64,000 bases of DNA from Bythopirellula sp. (GTDB lineage: Bacteria; Planctomycetota; Planctomycetia; Pirellulales; Lacipirellulaceae), in assembly GCA_965216565.1 (NCBI GenBank), contig OZ244170.1, forward strand, positions 3,136,001 to 3,200,000. Reading direction: 5' to 3'. The notes under the pieces are model-generated. The model was not told the origin of the DNA. It did no database searches and saw only the letters and a program-made list of their open reading frames with translations. The position numbers and the translations under genes are program-made. Numbering within the stretch: position 1 is the stretch's first letter; the number at the start of each line of letters is the position of its first letter. This document shows, piece by piece, positions 1 through 10,540 of the stretch.

Positions 1-1
1 G

Positions 2-1615
2 GTACGGTCGATCCACACGGTTCTGAAAGCAGAGCGATTGAAAGTTGGCGTGATCGACACGGGGCTCGCGTTCGTCAATCCCTCGGGCGACCCCGATCGA
101 GAGTGGCCCCTAATCCGCGAACTTCGTAAACAGTACGACATCGACGACAAACCTGTCGATCCTTCGCAACCAATCAAAGACTCCTACGATGTGCTGCTCG
201 CGGTTCAGCCTTCGATGCTTGGCCCCCAGGAAATGGATCATCTGGTCGATGCCGTACGACGGGGAATTCCGATCGCCATTTTTGAAGATCCCATGCCCCA
301 GGCATATCCCGAGCAAGTTGCTGGAACCGGAATGCCGAAACGTTCGCAAATGTCGATGTTTGGCGGTCCACCGCCCGAGCCTAAGGGAGACATCACACAA
401 TTGTGGAAAACACTTGGCATCAAAATGGATCCCATGGCTGTCGTATGGCAAGATTACAATCGCGAGCAGTCCGTTGCCACCGAGGCGGACGAACAGTGGG
501 TGTTCATCGACCAGGGTAACGGGGCAACCGAGCCCTTCAACGAAGACGATCCCATTAGCTCAGGTTTAAACCAACTGCTGTTCCTCTATCCAGGATATAT
601 AACCAAAGACGAAGACTCGAAGCTGAAGTTCGAGCGTCTGGCAGTGACAGGCAACGAGAACTCGGGCACCGTCGACTTACCCATGCTTCGTCGCGGTCAG
701 CGGAACAAGGGGGTCTTTAGTCGACAGACAACTTCTAACCCCTACATCATCGCAGCCCGAATTAAGGGCGAATACGCCGATGACGATTTGGCACTCAGCG
801 GAAATTTGCTAGAAGGCTTGATCGACAAGAACCAAGGCAATTCCTCGGCTGCCGACAGCGCAAAGTCTGAAGAGGAAGAAGAGGAGGAGGAACTCGACGC
901 CTCCAAAGATCTATCCTCCGGCGATGCTGCTGACGATGGTTCCGAAACAGACGATTCCGAAGCGGGCAAAGCTACAGACGGTGCCGCTGAAACCGACGCT
1001 GTAGAAATCAATGCCGTGGTGGTCACCGATATCGACTGGATCATCCCCGCCTTCTTCTACATCCGCGAGAGTGGCGACCGAATGTTTATCCCCGCCACTC
1101 AGAACGTCACCTTTATTCTAAACATCATCGATGCCCTTGCCGGTGACGAGCGGTTCCTCGAAATCCGCAAACGCTCGCCCCAGCATCGCACTTTGATCAA
1201 AATCGACGAAGCAACGGAAAATAACCGCATGGAATCGCGGGAGGACCAGGCCAAGCTATTCAAGGATATCGAAACCAAGAGAAGCGAAGCCCAGGCTCGA
1301 TTTGACGAAGCGATTTCGAAGATCGAAGACAACCCAGATCTTTCGCAACGCGAAAAAGATCTCCGCTTGGAAATAGTCCGACGTCGCGAACAACAAAAAT
1401 TGGAGGCAGAGATCCAATCTTTTGAAAGCGATCTGAAACGCACGCAAAAGCAGATCGACTACAAGCTTGATCAGAAAATCCGTGCGGTCCAGGACCAATA
1501 CAAAATGTTTGCTCTCCTGGTGCCACCGATTCCTCCACTGCTGGTAGCGTTTTATGTGTTCTTCCGCCGTCGAGAGGCGGAGCGTGAAGGTGTGGCCCAA
1601 GAGCGACTTCGTTAG
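2..1615 (+). CDS. GldG-family / ABC-transporter-associated protein, 5'-partial
   Basis: Frame is open from base 2. Shows 'DVLLAVQP..L...LVDAVRRG..IFEDP', 'VVVTDIDW..F', 'NVTFILNIIDALAGDERFLEIRKR', a coiled coil and a C-terminal TM with RRR. Followed by DUF4340, the usual partner. Confidence 0.75.
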   Translation, partial: VRSIHTVLKAERLKVGVIDTGLAFVNPSGDPDREWPLIRELRKQYDIDDKPVDPSQPIKDSYDVLLAVQPSMLGPQEMDHLVDAVRRGIPIAIFEDPMPQAYPEQVAGTGMPKRSQMSMFGGPPPEPKGDITQLWKTLGIKMDPMAVVWQDYNREQSVATEADEQWVFIDQGNGATEPFNEDDPISSGLNQLLFLYPGYITKDEDSKLKFERLAVTGNENSGTVDLPMLRRGQRNKGVFSRQTTSNPYIIAARIKGEYADDDLALSGNLLEGLIDKNQGNSSAADSAKSEEEEEEEELDASKDLSSGDAADDGSETDDSEAGKATDGAAETDAVEINAVVVTDIDWIIPAFFYIRESGDRMFIPATQNVTFILNIIDALAGDERFLEIRKRSPQHRTLIKIDEATENNRMESREDQAKLFKDIETKRSEAQARFDEAISKIEDNPDLSQREKDLRLEIVRRREQQKLEAEIQSFESDLKRTQKQIDYKLDQKIRAVQDQYKMFALLVPPIPPLLVAFYVFFRRREAEREGVAQERLR

Positions 1616-1687
1616 CAGGCGAACTAGAATCCTTTAGCAAATACTTCGATATCAAATACTCCGCTAAGAGATACGAGAGAGTTCATA

Positions 1688-3415
1688 ATGAGTGAAATGG
1701 CAAAAACCATGATGTTTGTGGGCGCCGCTGTTTTGGCGCTGGTCGCTGGGTTTGCGACCCGGCCAGGATACGAAGATTTCGACGTGCAAGCCGAGGTAGG
1801 CAAACTGCTCAATCAATTTGAAGTGGAAGAAGCCAAACGGCTAAAGCTTGTGACGTTCGACAAAGAGACGGCCACTTCACAGGAGTTTGAAGTCGCTGAG
1901 GAAGATGGTCTTTGGACCATTCCCTCAAAGCAGGACTATCCGGCTGACGCCGTCAAACAAATGGCAGCTGCTGCTACGGGAATGATCGATCGGGAAATCT
2001 TGCGTGTTGCTGCCGAAAGTGCCGACCAGCATGCTGAACTGGGACTCGTCGACCCCACCTCATCGAACCTCAGCACCAGTAGCAAAGGCGTCGGCACTCG
2101 TGTGACGATGACCGACAATGATGGCAACGCCCTGGCCGACATGATCATCGGTAACAAAGTTCTCGACGAAGAAGACCAGTACTATGTACGCAACGCCGAT
2201 CAAGATTACGCCTATGTAATCAACTTCGATCCCGAGCCGCTAGCTACGCAGTTTGAAGAATGGATTGAAAAAGATCTGCTCAAGCTGAATGCCATGGATA
2301 TTCGCCGCTTGCACATCAAAGACTATTCCGCAGAGCTAATGCTCACCTTGCAGGGAATGGCTATCAATTGGGATCGACGTGGCGAGATGGAACTGGCCTT
2401 CGACGCTACCGAGAACAAGTGGATGCCAGTGAAGCTGCAGACCTTCGATCCAGATCAGAAGTCGATGGTCGAAGCTCCGCTGGATGAAAACGAAGAACTC
2501 GACGAAGACAAACTTCGTGAATTGCGAAACGGCCTAGACGATTTGACGATTGTAGATGTTGAGCGCAAGCCCAAGGGGCTCAGCTCCGACCTCAAAGCAG
2601 GGAGCGATTTTCTCGGCAACCGAGAGGCGCAGAACAGCCTCGTTCAGCGCGGGTTTGCACCGGTTCCCGTACAGGGCACCGACGAAACCGAGATTCTCTC
2701 CAGCGAGGGGGAAATCATCTGCACCATGGACGATGGGGTGGAATACATCTTACGGTTTGGAAATCTCAAGCTCGCCACCGACGGCGAATCGACTGAGTCT
2801 ACTGGAACTGATCCCGACGCCGAGTCAGATGACGGAATCCACCGTTATTTGTTTGTCATGGCTCGTTACAACGATGGCATCCTCGAGCAGCCAGCGATTC
2901 AGGATCTGCCGGAGATTCCGGAGCCATCGGAATCACCGTCCGAAGCAGCCGAGAATTCTGACCAAGAGCAGTCCGAACAAGAAGATGCTCAGCAAGATGC
3001 CGACACAGCCTCGTCGGATGCGGAAGAACCCGAAGATACGGAAGCCACCGATTCGGAAGATGCAGCTGAGGATAGCGAAGCAGAAGACGCCAGCGAAGCC
3101 GAACCGCAAGACGACAACCGGAAACAGTTGATCGCCGCGCGTGAAGCTATCGAAGCCGAGAACGAGCGTCTCCAGGCTGAGTACCAGGAGAAAGTTGACG
3201 AAGCACAGCAGAGGGTTCAACAGCTCAACGAGCGATTTGGCGATTGGTACTACGTGATCGACAACAAGGTCTACAAAAAGATCCACCTCAGCCGCGATGA
3301 CATTGTCAAAGAGAAAGACGAAGCGGAAGCCGAGACCGCAGACTCGGCAGCCAATTCGGCACCACCTGCGGGAAGCATTCCCGGCTTGCCAAATCTACCA
3401 GGCGGAACCCAATAG
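1688..3415 (+). CDS. DUF4340 domain membrane-anchored protein
   Basis: N-terminal TM, 'WTIPSKQDYPAD', 'GLVDP', 'DMIIG...YYVR', acidic linker; directly downstream of the GldG-like gene. Confidence 0.7.
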   Translation: MSEMAKTMMFVGAAVLALVAGFATRPGYEDFDVQAEVGKLLNQFEVEEAKRLKLVTFDKETATSQEFEVAEEDGLWTIPSKQDYPADAVKQMAAAATGMIDREILRVAAESADQHAELGLVDPTSSNLSTSSKGVGTRVTMTDNDGNALADMIIGNKVLDEEDQYYVRNADQDYAYVINFDPEPLATQFEEWIEKDLLKLNAMDIRRLHIKDYSAELMLTLQGMAINWDRRGEMELAFDATENKWMPVKLQTFDPDQKSMVEAPLDENEELDEDKLRELRNGLDDLTIVDVERKPKGLSSDLKAGSDFLGNREAQNSLVQRGFAPVPVQGTDETEILSSEGEIICTMDDGVEYILRFGNLKLATDGESTESTGTDPDAESDDGIHRYLFVMARYNDGILEQPAIQDLPEIPEPSESPSEAAENSDQEQSEQEDAQQDADTASSDAEEPEDTEATDSEDAAEDSEAEDASEAEPQDDNRKQLIAAREAIEAENERLQAEYQEKVDEAQQRVQQLNERFGDWYYVIDNKVYKKIHLSRDDIVKEKDEAEAETADSAANSAPPAGSIPGLPNLPGGTQ

Positions 3416-3450
3416 CTCGGCTTGCGCTAGGACAAATTCGATTGGCGAAT

Positions 3451-5550
3451 TCAAATTCGCCTGCGGCCGCCAAGCCCCATCGCTGCCAACACAATTGACA
3501 GGGCGATCGTGCTTGGTTCTGGCACTGCGGCTGCGCTAGCCTCCAGCGATGGCGAGATGCCGTAGTTTGCCTCCCAAGCCATCAGATCTGAGCCAGACAT
3601 TCCATTCCCCTGCCAATACAGAAAGTCGAAACCGTCGACAAAGCCGTCCGCGTTGAAATCACCCGTCGGAGGCGGGCCGGAAGTACTCACTTGCAATGTC
3701 CCGGTGCCTGAAAGCAAAGGCGAAGTAAGCGGTGCTCCGGAAGTGGGCGAACCCCAGATGCCCGCGGTCACAGGCACGCCATCTATCCAAAGTGCGTTTA
3801 CCACGTCCGGCGCGCCATTGAAATCGAGGTCGAGGACTCCGGTACCAGAGAGCAGTACGTCGGCTGCATCATCTAACATGGTGCTTCCAACACTTAATGC
3901 ACCCTCCACTACAACGGTATCCCCCGACAAAGCGCCAGTACCACTAAGTGCCAGTGTGCCGGCACCACTCTTTGTGATTCCCCCATTGGTTACCGGCACA
4001 TCCAGTTCAAGATCGATGGCCGCAACATCGTCACTAATGTTCCACGTTCGATTTGCCCCGCCTAAATCAACCTGCCCCAAGTTGCCAGCTCCGGCTCCGG
4101 TGGTAACCAGTGCTGCCGCCCCAGCTAGGGGGGTAAAACTGATATCGCCAATGAGTTCGATCTTGGCCGGTGTCGAGGCATCCGGCATCAGTTGAATAGT
4201 ATCGGCCACTAGCGAACCACCGATAGAAAACGTCTCGGTGGCATCGACCTGCAGGGTATGCACACTTAAGCTCCCACCATCGAGCATCACTGGGGCAGAG
4301 AACTGTGCGGAATTCGGCGTAGAGTCTGCCGCAGGGACGTAGTTAATCACTAGTATTCCCCCGGTAAGATCAAGAGCCTCACGAGCTACCAACTTGCGGA
4401 TATTGTGAATTCCCGATGAAAGAGTGACCGTAACATCTTCATTGGCACGATCGAGAATAACGGTGTCATCGCCACTGGGAAGTCGAACCGCCGGTAGGGT
4501 GAGCGACCCTGCCCGAGGAAGTTGGCCTGGACCCTGCACCGGCGCAACCGGCGCTTGCCCGCTGTTCCAGTTGGCAAGCGTGGTCCACTGGCCATCACTG
4601 GCCGAGGTCCACAGCGCAGGTACAAGATTGTCCTTCAGGAATTCCGTGCCACCTTGAGCAACATTGAAGTCGAGGTTGCTGTTGCCATTGTTGAAACTTT
4701 GCAGACGTCCCGAGCTGGCATACTGCCAGTAGGTCCAAGGGTGAGTCACCCCAGCATCGTCCCAGGGTCCATAGAATCCATTGAACGTATCCTTCGGATG
4801 AGCAGTTTGCACTTCCGCGGAATCTGGATCGAGTTGATAGGCATAGCGAGCATCCCAGAGGTTTGGATAGCTCTCAACGATTTGATCACGAAGCGAAGAG
4901 GATGCAGCTTGCAACGTTTGCGAATAGCTTCCGTTGATGTACATCGTGGGACGGATTCCCATCACCTCGTGAACGCGATTTGAAAAGTCGATCGAAAACT
5001 GTGCCAACTCGTTACTCGTTCGAGTCAATGGGCCCTCCAGATCGAAGACCGGCATCAAGTACCCTGGTCGCATCCAAGCTCCAGCCATATCAATAAAATG
5101 ATTGGCTTCGTCCGTGCCCGTATTAGCAATTCCGCCAGAGTTCGGCGTGCTGGCGATAATATCGTGCCGACCGAAATGGTAAGGCCCGGCATACAATCCG
5201 GCATTCGTGGCACGCGTGATGTTTCGTACAAAGTAGGGGTCGTCATAGCGCTGAGACAAATTGAAATCATCGTTGTCGTTCGATGGAAAACCACCTTGGC
5301 GCTTATCAATACCAGTCGTGCCGCCACGGGTAGACCGGATGAAGACGAAGTCGCGGTTCTCGACATTGTGGATGTTGTTCCACGTCGTCTGCGAAATTGT
5401 CCCCTGCCAGCGAGAAACGTCGAGCCCCAACACGCGCGATTGAGCGACAACCGGCTGAATCAAAGACAGCAGGCCACAGCAAGCAAGCACGATCGTCAAC
5501 GTAGACCTGAGTATTGCAGTATAGAATGGTTGCACGATCTTCTCCGCCAA
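3451..5550 (-). CDS. GH25 (Ch-type lysozyme/muramidase) with autotransporter-type repeat, dockerin-like motif and PEP-CTERM
   Basis: Signal peptide; 'GLDVSRWQG', 'FVFIRSTRG', 'GPYHF', catalytic 'DLE', 'WTYWQY', 'LDFN'; 'GITKSGAGTLALSG' repeat; 'GDFNADGFVDGFDFLYWQ'; 'VPEPSTI..TM..RRR'. Confidence 0.85.
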   Translation of the reverse strand: MAEKIVQPFYTAILRSTLTIVLACCGLLSLIQPVVAQSRVLGLDVSRWQGTISQTTWNNIHNVENRDFVFIRSTRGGTTGIDKRQGGFPSNDNDDFNLSQRYDDPYFVRNITRATNAGLYAGPYHFGRHDIIASTPNSGGIANTGTDEANHFIDMAGAWMRPGYLMPVFDLEGPLTRTSNELAQFSIDFSNRVHEVMGIRPTMYINGSYSQTLQAASSSLRDQIVESYPNLWDARYAYQLDPDSAEVQTAHPKDTFNGFYGPWDDAGVTHPWTYWQYASSGRLQSFNNGNSNLDFNVAQGGTEFLKDNLVPALWTSASDGQWTTLANWNSGQAPVAPVQGPGQLPRAGSLTLPAVRLPSGDDTVILDRANEDVTVTLSSGIHNIRKLVAREALDLTGGILVINYVPAADSTPNSAQFSAPVMLDGGSLSVHTLQVDATETFSIGGSLVADTIQLMPDASTPAKIELIGDISFTPLAGAAALVTTGAGAGNLGQVDLGGANRTWNISDDVAAIDLELDVPVTNGGITKSGAGTLALSGTGALSGDTVVVEGALSVGSTMLDDAADVLLSGTGVLDLDFNGAPDVVNALWIDGVPVTAGIWGSPTSGAPLTSPLLSGTGTLQVSTSGPPPTGDFNADGFVDGFDFLYWQGNGMSGSDLMAWEANYGISPSLEASAAAVPEPSTIALSIVLAAMGLGGRRRI

Positions 5551-5973
5551 TCTCTTGGAATGATTCCTGGAAACTAGAAGTTCCGTAGCCGATGCCCTCC
5601 AATTTCAATTATTGTTCCGCGGTATTTTTTCGACAACAAGTCGACCCACCATTGCGCGAGTTCAACACTAGTATGCGCAACAAGGAGAAGATCGCATTAG
5701 AAAAACAAATGAGAAGAAGTGGGAAATGCTCTACAAGACACTTCCAGGGTGAGCACCCTTAGGGCAAGTGGTTGCTACTTACGCTTCCACGCTGCTCCCC
5801 AACTCACGTGGGCCTTGCTGCAAAGGTAAGGTCGACAGATTCTCCACATCTTTCGTTTCTCGATTTTTGCAGGCGTTGCTTGGTTTCCTCACGCACTTTC
5901 AGTTAAGCTCGGAAGATTAGAATTCAGTTACAAGGTTTGGGTCGAAAAAACATCTCCATGTTGGAGGAGTCAA

Positions 5974-7062
5974 ATGGAACATAGAGAGTGGCAGTACATT
6001 TTTTACAATTCCTCCTTCCGCGGTTTATTCTTGATAGCATTCTGGATGCTCGGTCCTACTAATGCTAACTCGGAACCCACCATCCAAGACATCAAACAGG
6101 CCTGGCAATCGCACGCTTTGAAAATGCCATCGTTTACCGTTCATTGCGAGATCCAGCAACAACGCACTGTGTTCAACCAGCCTCAAGCAGATGATCCGTT
6201 TGGAGATCCGCAAAAAGGCCCACCTCGAAGAACTGTGGATGTCTCAAAATCGTTGACTCTCAAACGTCGCGGTACGAGCCTATTGATCGACGTTGGCGGA
6301 GAGCGATATGACGCGGCAAGCAACACCTTGATTCAGCAAACCATACGCACAGCTTTACATCAGAATTCGGTGCGAAACTATATCCTTGAAAGCGACGACC
6401 CCTTTGCAATGGGTATGATGGCCAAAGGAACCCATAAGGTTGGGCTTACCAGGCCCTACCAGGCGACTCTCACGCAATTCTCAATCCCTGTCATTCTTTG
6501 GTGCGATCCTCTGTTTGCCACAAAGGCGAGTGGTTTTGATATCGAATCATCGAAAGCATCCCTGGAACTCTTAGATGATCCTGAGTTTGAAAAAACTATC
6601 GCAATCACATTCCATTCAAAAAGTGGTGCAGCCAGGAGGGAGATCATTTTGAAAGGGCACCCTCCATTCTTACCAATTCGCTCTGGCATTTATAAGGACG
6701 GATCACCGATGATCGTACGCGAATTGAATTATGTTGAGTATCCGGGCTTCGGCGAGCGAGTCGATTCTTGGAAATATAGTCATTATCGGGGCGACAGCGT
6801 CTTGGTGAAAGCTAGAGAAGGGAGCATCAAGAGGTTTGACGACGATCAGCCCCTGGAAGATGAAGACTTCGAACTAGACTTTCCCGTTGGCACACACATA
6901 CTCGATTACAGGGAAGCTAAACGAAAGAGTGATTCCAAATATTGGATCCAATCAACAGAGGATACGATGGAGCGGATATCCCCAAGAGACTTCGGAAAAC
7001 TACCGGACAAGGGCGATCTGGGAGCGGCTCTTCCTGGAACAACTCTTAGCAACGGCACATGA
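5974..7062 (+). CDS. Hypothetical secreted protein
   Basis: 362-aa ORF with GGAGG SD and an N-terminal hydrophobic segment; no recognised domain. Confidence 0.6.
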   Translation: MEHREWQYIFYNSSFRGLFLIAFWMLGPTNANSEPTIQDIKQAWQSHALKMPSFTVHCEIQQQRTVFNQPQADDPFGDPQKGPPRRTVDVSKSLTLKRRGTSLLIDVGGERYDAASNTLIQQTIRTALHQNSVRNYILESDDPFAMGMMAKGTHKVGLTRPYQATLTQFSIPVILWCDPLFATKASGFDIESSKASLELLDDPEFEKTIAITFHSKSGAARREIILKGHPPFLPIRSGIYKDGSPMIVRELNYVEYPGFGERVDSWKYSHYRGDSVLVKAREGSIKRFDDDQPLEDEDFELDFPVGTHILDYREAKRKSDSKYWIQSTEDTMERISPRDFGKLPDKGDLGAALPGTTLSNGT

Positions 7063-7077
7063 GATTGCCTTTGCCTG

Positions 7078-7401
7078 CTAAGCTTCCACGCTTCTCCCCA
7101 GCTCGCGGAGTTCCTCCAAGGTAAACAGCCCCGTGTTGTGGCCGTCGCTAAAGTGGATGGCGTAGGCGTAGTGTCCCTGCGGCTGCATGAAGGTGATGCG
7201 TAAGAGCGCCGTTTCTTCCGGCTTTAAGACTGTTAGCTCAGTAGCAGCGGGCGGCGGGGCGCGACGTTTTTCCCGGCAATGCGCGCAAGGGCAATTGTCC
7301 CGCAATTCTCTCACCATGTAATGGCGAGACTCGCCGTCGCTCCAATCGATTTGAAGCTGGTCGGGTTGAACTAAATGAAGTGAGGTTGGTCGCAAGGTCA
7401 T
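7078..7401 (-). CDS. DUF971 / GBBH-like N-terminal domain protein
   Basis: 'LQIDWSDG', 'LRDNCPCAHC', 'GHYAYAIHFSDGHNTGLF'. Confidence 0.85.
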   Translation of the reverse strand: MTLRPTSLHLVQPDQLQIDWSDGESRHYMVRELRDNCPCAHCREKRRAPPPAATELTVLKPEETALLRITFMQPQGHYAYAIHFSDGHNTGLFTLEELRELGRSVEA

Positions 7402-7402
7402 A

Positions 7403-8683
7403 TCACGTTTCTCGGTTGTCTACAAATCGTTTTCCCTTGCCTTCAAACCTCGGGAGCGACATGGCCGGCGCCAAACGGACATCGACCCGCAAACCCAAAC
7501 GCAGATGAAGCTCCTCGGCAATTCGCTCCGGCTGCTGGAGGTGATCCTCGACCTCGACAACGAGCGCATCCATTGCACCTTGTTTGTGGACGGTCAGGCG
7601 ATACTCAACCACCTCCGGAAAGCTGTGCATGATTTGCTCGATGGAACTGGGAAAAATATTCACTCCCCGGACGACCATCATATCGTCTGCGCGTCCGACG
7701 AGTCCGCCTTCGAGCAGTACAAATTGGTTCGATCCCGAACTGTTCCATCTCGGCCGCACCAGATCGCCGGTCCGATATCGAATAATCGGTAAACCAGGGC
7801 GTCCCAACGAAGTTAGCAGCAAGTGCGACAACTCTCCTTCCTGCGCAGGCTCGCCCGTCTCGATATGAACGAACTCAGCGATGAATTCACTTTCCAGCAC
7901 ATGGAGCCCCGTCTGACGCTCATCGGCGTATCCCCAGGGCCCCACTTCACTAGCTCCGCTATGATCGGTGACGCGGGCGTTCCACGCTTGTTCAATTCGA
8001 TTTCGTGTGGCTGGGATCGATCCTCCCGTTTCCCCGGCGACTACGATTTTTCTGACGCTAAACGAAGCCAGATTAATCTTGTGCTCCGCCGCCACCTCCG
8101 CCAGATGCAAGGCGTAGGTGGGCGTGCAAAATATTGCCGTAGCTTCCGTGCGTTTGATCAAGTCCAATCGGGCCAGCGTATTCATTCCCCCACCGGGAAT
8201 CGCTAACGTCCCCCGCTGCACCACAGCATCGTGAGCGCTCCAAAAGCCGATGAACGGCCCAAAAGAAAACGCCATCATCACCCGATCCCGCGGTGTGATG
8301 TCGGCTGCATCGAGCACAAACTGCCAAGTATCAATCCACCACTGCCAGTCCGCAGCCGTATCGAATACCGACAGGGGACGACCCCGCGTACCGGAGGTTT
8401 GATGAAAGCGGACATATTTCTCCACCGGCCAAGTCAGGTTCTTAGGGAGCGCGAACTGGCCTTCATCGGAAATCAGCTCTGCCTTCTCGGTGACTGGCAA
8501 CTCAGACAGTTGCTCTAGGCTCTCTAGCGGCTGTGGGCAGCGGACAAATTTCTCACTGTAGAATCGATTGTGTGGCAATATCTCAGCCAAGAGACGATTC
8601 AGACGCTCCAGCTGGTACTTTTGCAGCTCGCACCGATCCAAAGATTCGAGTTCTCTGCGGTGCGCGAATGACTGAATCTCCAT
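7403..8683 (-). CDS. Phenylacetate-CoA ligase family (PaaK-like) adenylate-forming enzyme
   Basis: 'HQTSGTRGRP', 'CTPTYALHL', 'DHSGASEVG', 'PIIRYRTGDL', 'GRADDMMVVRGVNIFPSSIE', 'RFEGKGKRFVD'. Confidence 0.85.
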   Translation of the reverse strand: MEIQSFAHRRELESLDRCELQKYQLERLNRLLAEILPHNRFYSEKFVRCPQPLESLEQLSELPVTEKAELISDEGQFALPKNLTWPVEKYVRFHQTSGTRGRPLSVFDTAADWQWWIDTWQFVLDAADITPRDRVMMAFSFGPFIGFWSAHDAVVQRGTLAIPGGGMNTLARLDLIKRTEATAIFCTPTYALHLAEVAAEHKINLASFSVRKIVVAGETGGSIPATRNRIEQAWNARVTDHSGASEVGPWGYADERQTGLHVLESEFIAEFVHIETGEPAQEGELSHLLLTSLGRPGLPIIRYRTGDLVRPRWNSSGSNQFVLLEGGLVGRADDMMVVRGVNIFPSSIEQIMHSFPEVVEYRLTVHKQGAMDALVVEVEDHLQQPERIAEELHLRLGLRVDVRLAPAMSLPRFEGKGKRFVDNRET

Positions 8684-8692
8684 AGAGTCACC

Positions 8693-10540
8693 TCACCGCT
8701 CGATATCGTAAAGTTCAATCTTACGATATAAGGTCGCCCGACCAATCCCCAGCAACTTGGCCGCTTCCGGAACGTTGCCGCCGGAACGTTTCAATGCCTC
8801 AGCAATAATCTTGCGTTCCCAGTCCTCGATCTTAAGAGAATCGAGAGCAGGGCCTCCACTATCACGGAGGCCAATGTCGTCGGGCTTGATTTCACTTCCT
8901 TCGGCCAGCACCACTGCGCTGTCGATCACATTACGTAGCTGGCGGACGTTACCTGGCCACGGATACTCCAAGAGTTGTTTTCGCGCTGCCTTGCTAAGCT
9001 GCAAATCGGTCCGTCCACGCTCAGTCCGATAGTGGTCAAGGAAGAAATCGACCAAGAGTCCGATGTCCTCGCCCCGATCGCGCAGTGGCGGGATGTGCAG
9101 TTCAAACACGCTGAGTCGGTAATAGAGATCTTCGCGGAACTTCTTTTCTTGAACGTACTTTTGCAGATCTTGATTGGTGGCAGCGATCACCCGCACGTCG
9201 ACCTGCACCTCGACAGTAGCCCCAACCGGCAAGAAAGGATGCCCCTCGAGGATACGCAGTAATTTAGCCTGCCCGTCGAGCGTTAGTTCACCCACTTCGT
9301 CTAAGAACAAGGTTCCTAGATCGGCCTGCTGAAAGTAGCCGCTGTGATCGCGATCGGCACCGGTGAACGAGCCTGCTTTATGCCCAAAGAGTTGGCTTTC
9401 CATCAACTCAGCAGGAATAGCAGCACAATTGACCGACACCATGGGGCTTTCCGAGCGGGGGCTCCCTCGGTGAATGGCACGCGCTACCAGTTCTTTTCCA
9501 GCGCCACTCTCGCCACGCACCAAAACACAGCCCGGAGCAATGCTCACCTTGGCAATTTTACTTTTTAACTTTTGCATCGGGTCGCTTTGGCCAACCATCT
9601 CGTCGTAGCCGGGCAAGTCTTGCACAAGACGCTCGTTTTCGCTCCGCAGACTGACTTCCGCCCTGGCTCGCACGAGAGCAATCACCGCGAGATTAGTCAC
9701 CGCGATAATAAAGTCGAAGTCTGACTGGCGAAAACGGCCATTCTCTAAATAGACATGGATCGCTCCTAACGTGCGTCGGCCGCCATCACTATCCTTCTGA
9801 ACCAGTGGCGCACACACGGCATCGGCAAACGTCACCGAGTCGCTTTCCTCGACACCCGAAGTTTGATTCGCAACCCATACTGCATGTCCCTGGCGAAGCA
9901 CCAACTCGGTTAGCGATTTGCTCAAGCGCACCCGATCGGCTGCCTCTTCAGGAATGACAATTTTGGGTCTCAAGTTGGCTTCGTCATCGGCCCAAAGGAA
10001 TCCGACATTCGCCGCTTTGGTTCGTTCCTGGAGCAATTCTAAGGCAACTCGCATCACCGCTTCGGGTTCCTCGCAGCTCAACAGATGAATACTCAACTGG
10101 TAGAGCAACAGCAACTCCTGAACCTGCTCGGGTGTTGGGAGTGCCGCGAGCACCTCTTGATTGCTCTGCTGAACGGCAATGGGCAGGTCCTGAACAATCG
10201 TTTGTGTGCGGGTCGGATCGTCATCGGTATCCGCCGTGGCGGGATCCTCCGAGAGAGTCAGCTTGAACTCCGTCGATCCGATCTGCACCAAATGACCATC
10301 GCCCAGAGTAGCCGTGTCGATCTTTTGTCCATTCACCATCGTGCCGTTGCGGCTTTTTTGGTCGTCGATCTGCCACTGACCATCGACTTGGGTAATGATG
10401 GCGTGGACGCGGGAGCACATGGGATCGGGAACCGAAATATGGCAATCCGTGCCGCGACCCAGCAACGTTTCGCGGCTAGGCTCGAGCGGAAAGTTGGTCC
10501 CGGAACGATTCCCGGTAAGAATGGTCAGATAGGCGTACAC
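8693..10540 (-). CDS. Sigma54-dependent enhancer-binding protein with FHA and GAF domains
   Basis: FHA ('LLGR..SRVHA..SRNGTMVNG'), GAF-like region, 'GESGAGKE', 'ESQLFGHKAGSFTGA', 'LFLDEV', 'WPGNVRQL', Fis HTH 'AAKLLGIGRATLYRK'. Confidence 0.92.
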   Translation of the reverse strand: MYAYLTILTGNRSGTNFPLEPSRETLLGRGTDCHISVPDPMCSRVHAIITQVDGQWQIDDQKSRNGTMVNGQKIDTATLGDGHLVQIGSTEFKLTLSEDPATADTDDDPTRTQTIVQDLPIAVQQSNQEVLAALPTPEQVQELLLLYQLSIHLLSCEEPEAVMRVALELLQERTKAANVGFLWADDEANLRPKIVIPEEAADRVRLSKSLTELVLRQGHAVWVANQTSGVEESDSVTFADAVCAPLVQKDSDGGRRTLGAIHVYLENGRFRQSDFDFIIAVTNLAVIALVRARAEVSLRSENERLVQDLPGYDEMVGQSDPMQKLKSKIAKVSIAPGCVLVRGESGAGKELVARAIHRGSPRSESPMVSVNCAAIPAELMESQLFGHKAGSFTGADRDHSGYFQQADLGTLFLDEVGELTLDGQAKLLRILEGHPFLPVGATVEVQVDVRVIAATNQDLQKYVQEKKFREDLYYRLSVFELHIPPLRDRGEDIGLLVDFFLDHYRTERGRTDLQLSKAARKQLLEYPWPGNVRQLRNVIDSAVVLAEGSEIKPDDIGLRDSGGPALDSLKIEDWERKIIAEALKRSGGNVPEAAKLLGIGRATLYRKIELYDIER

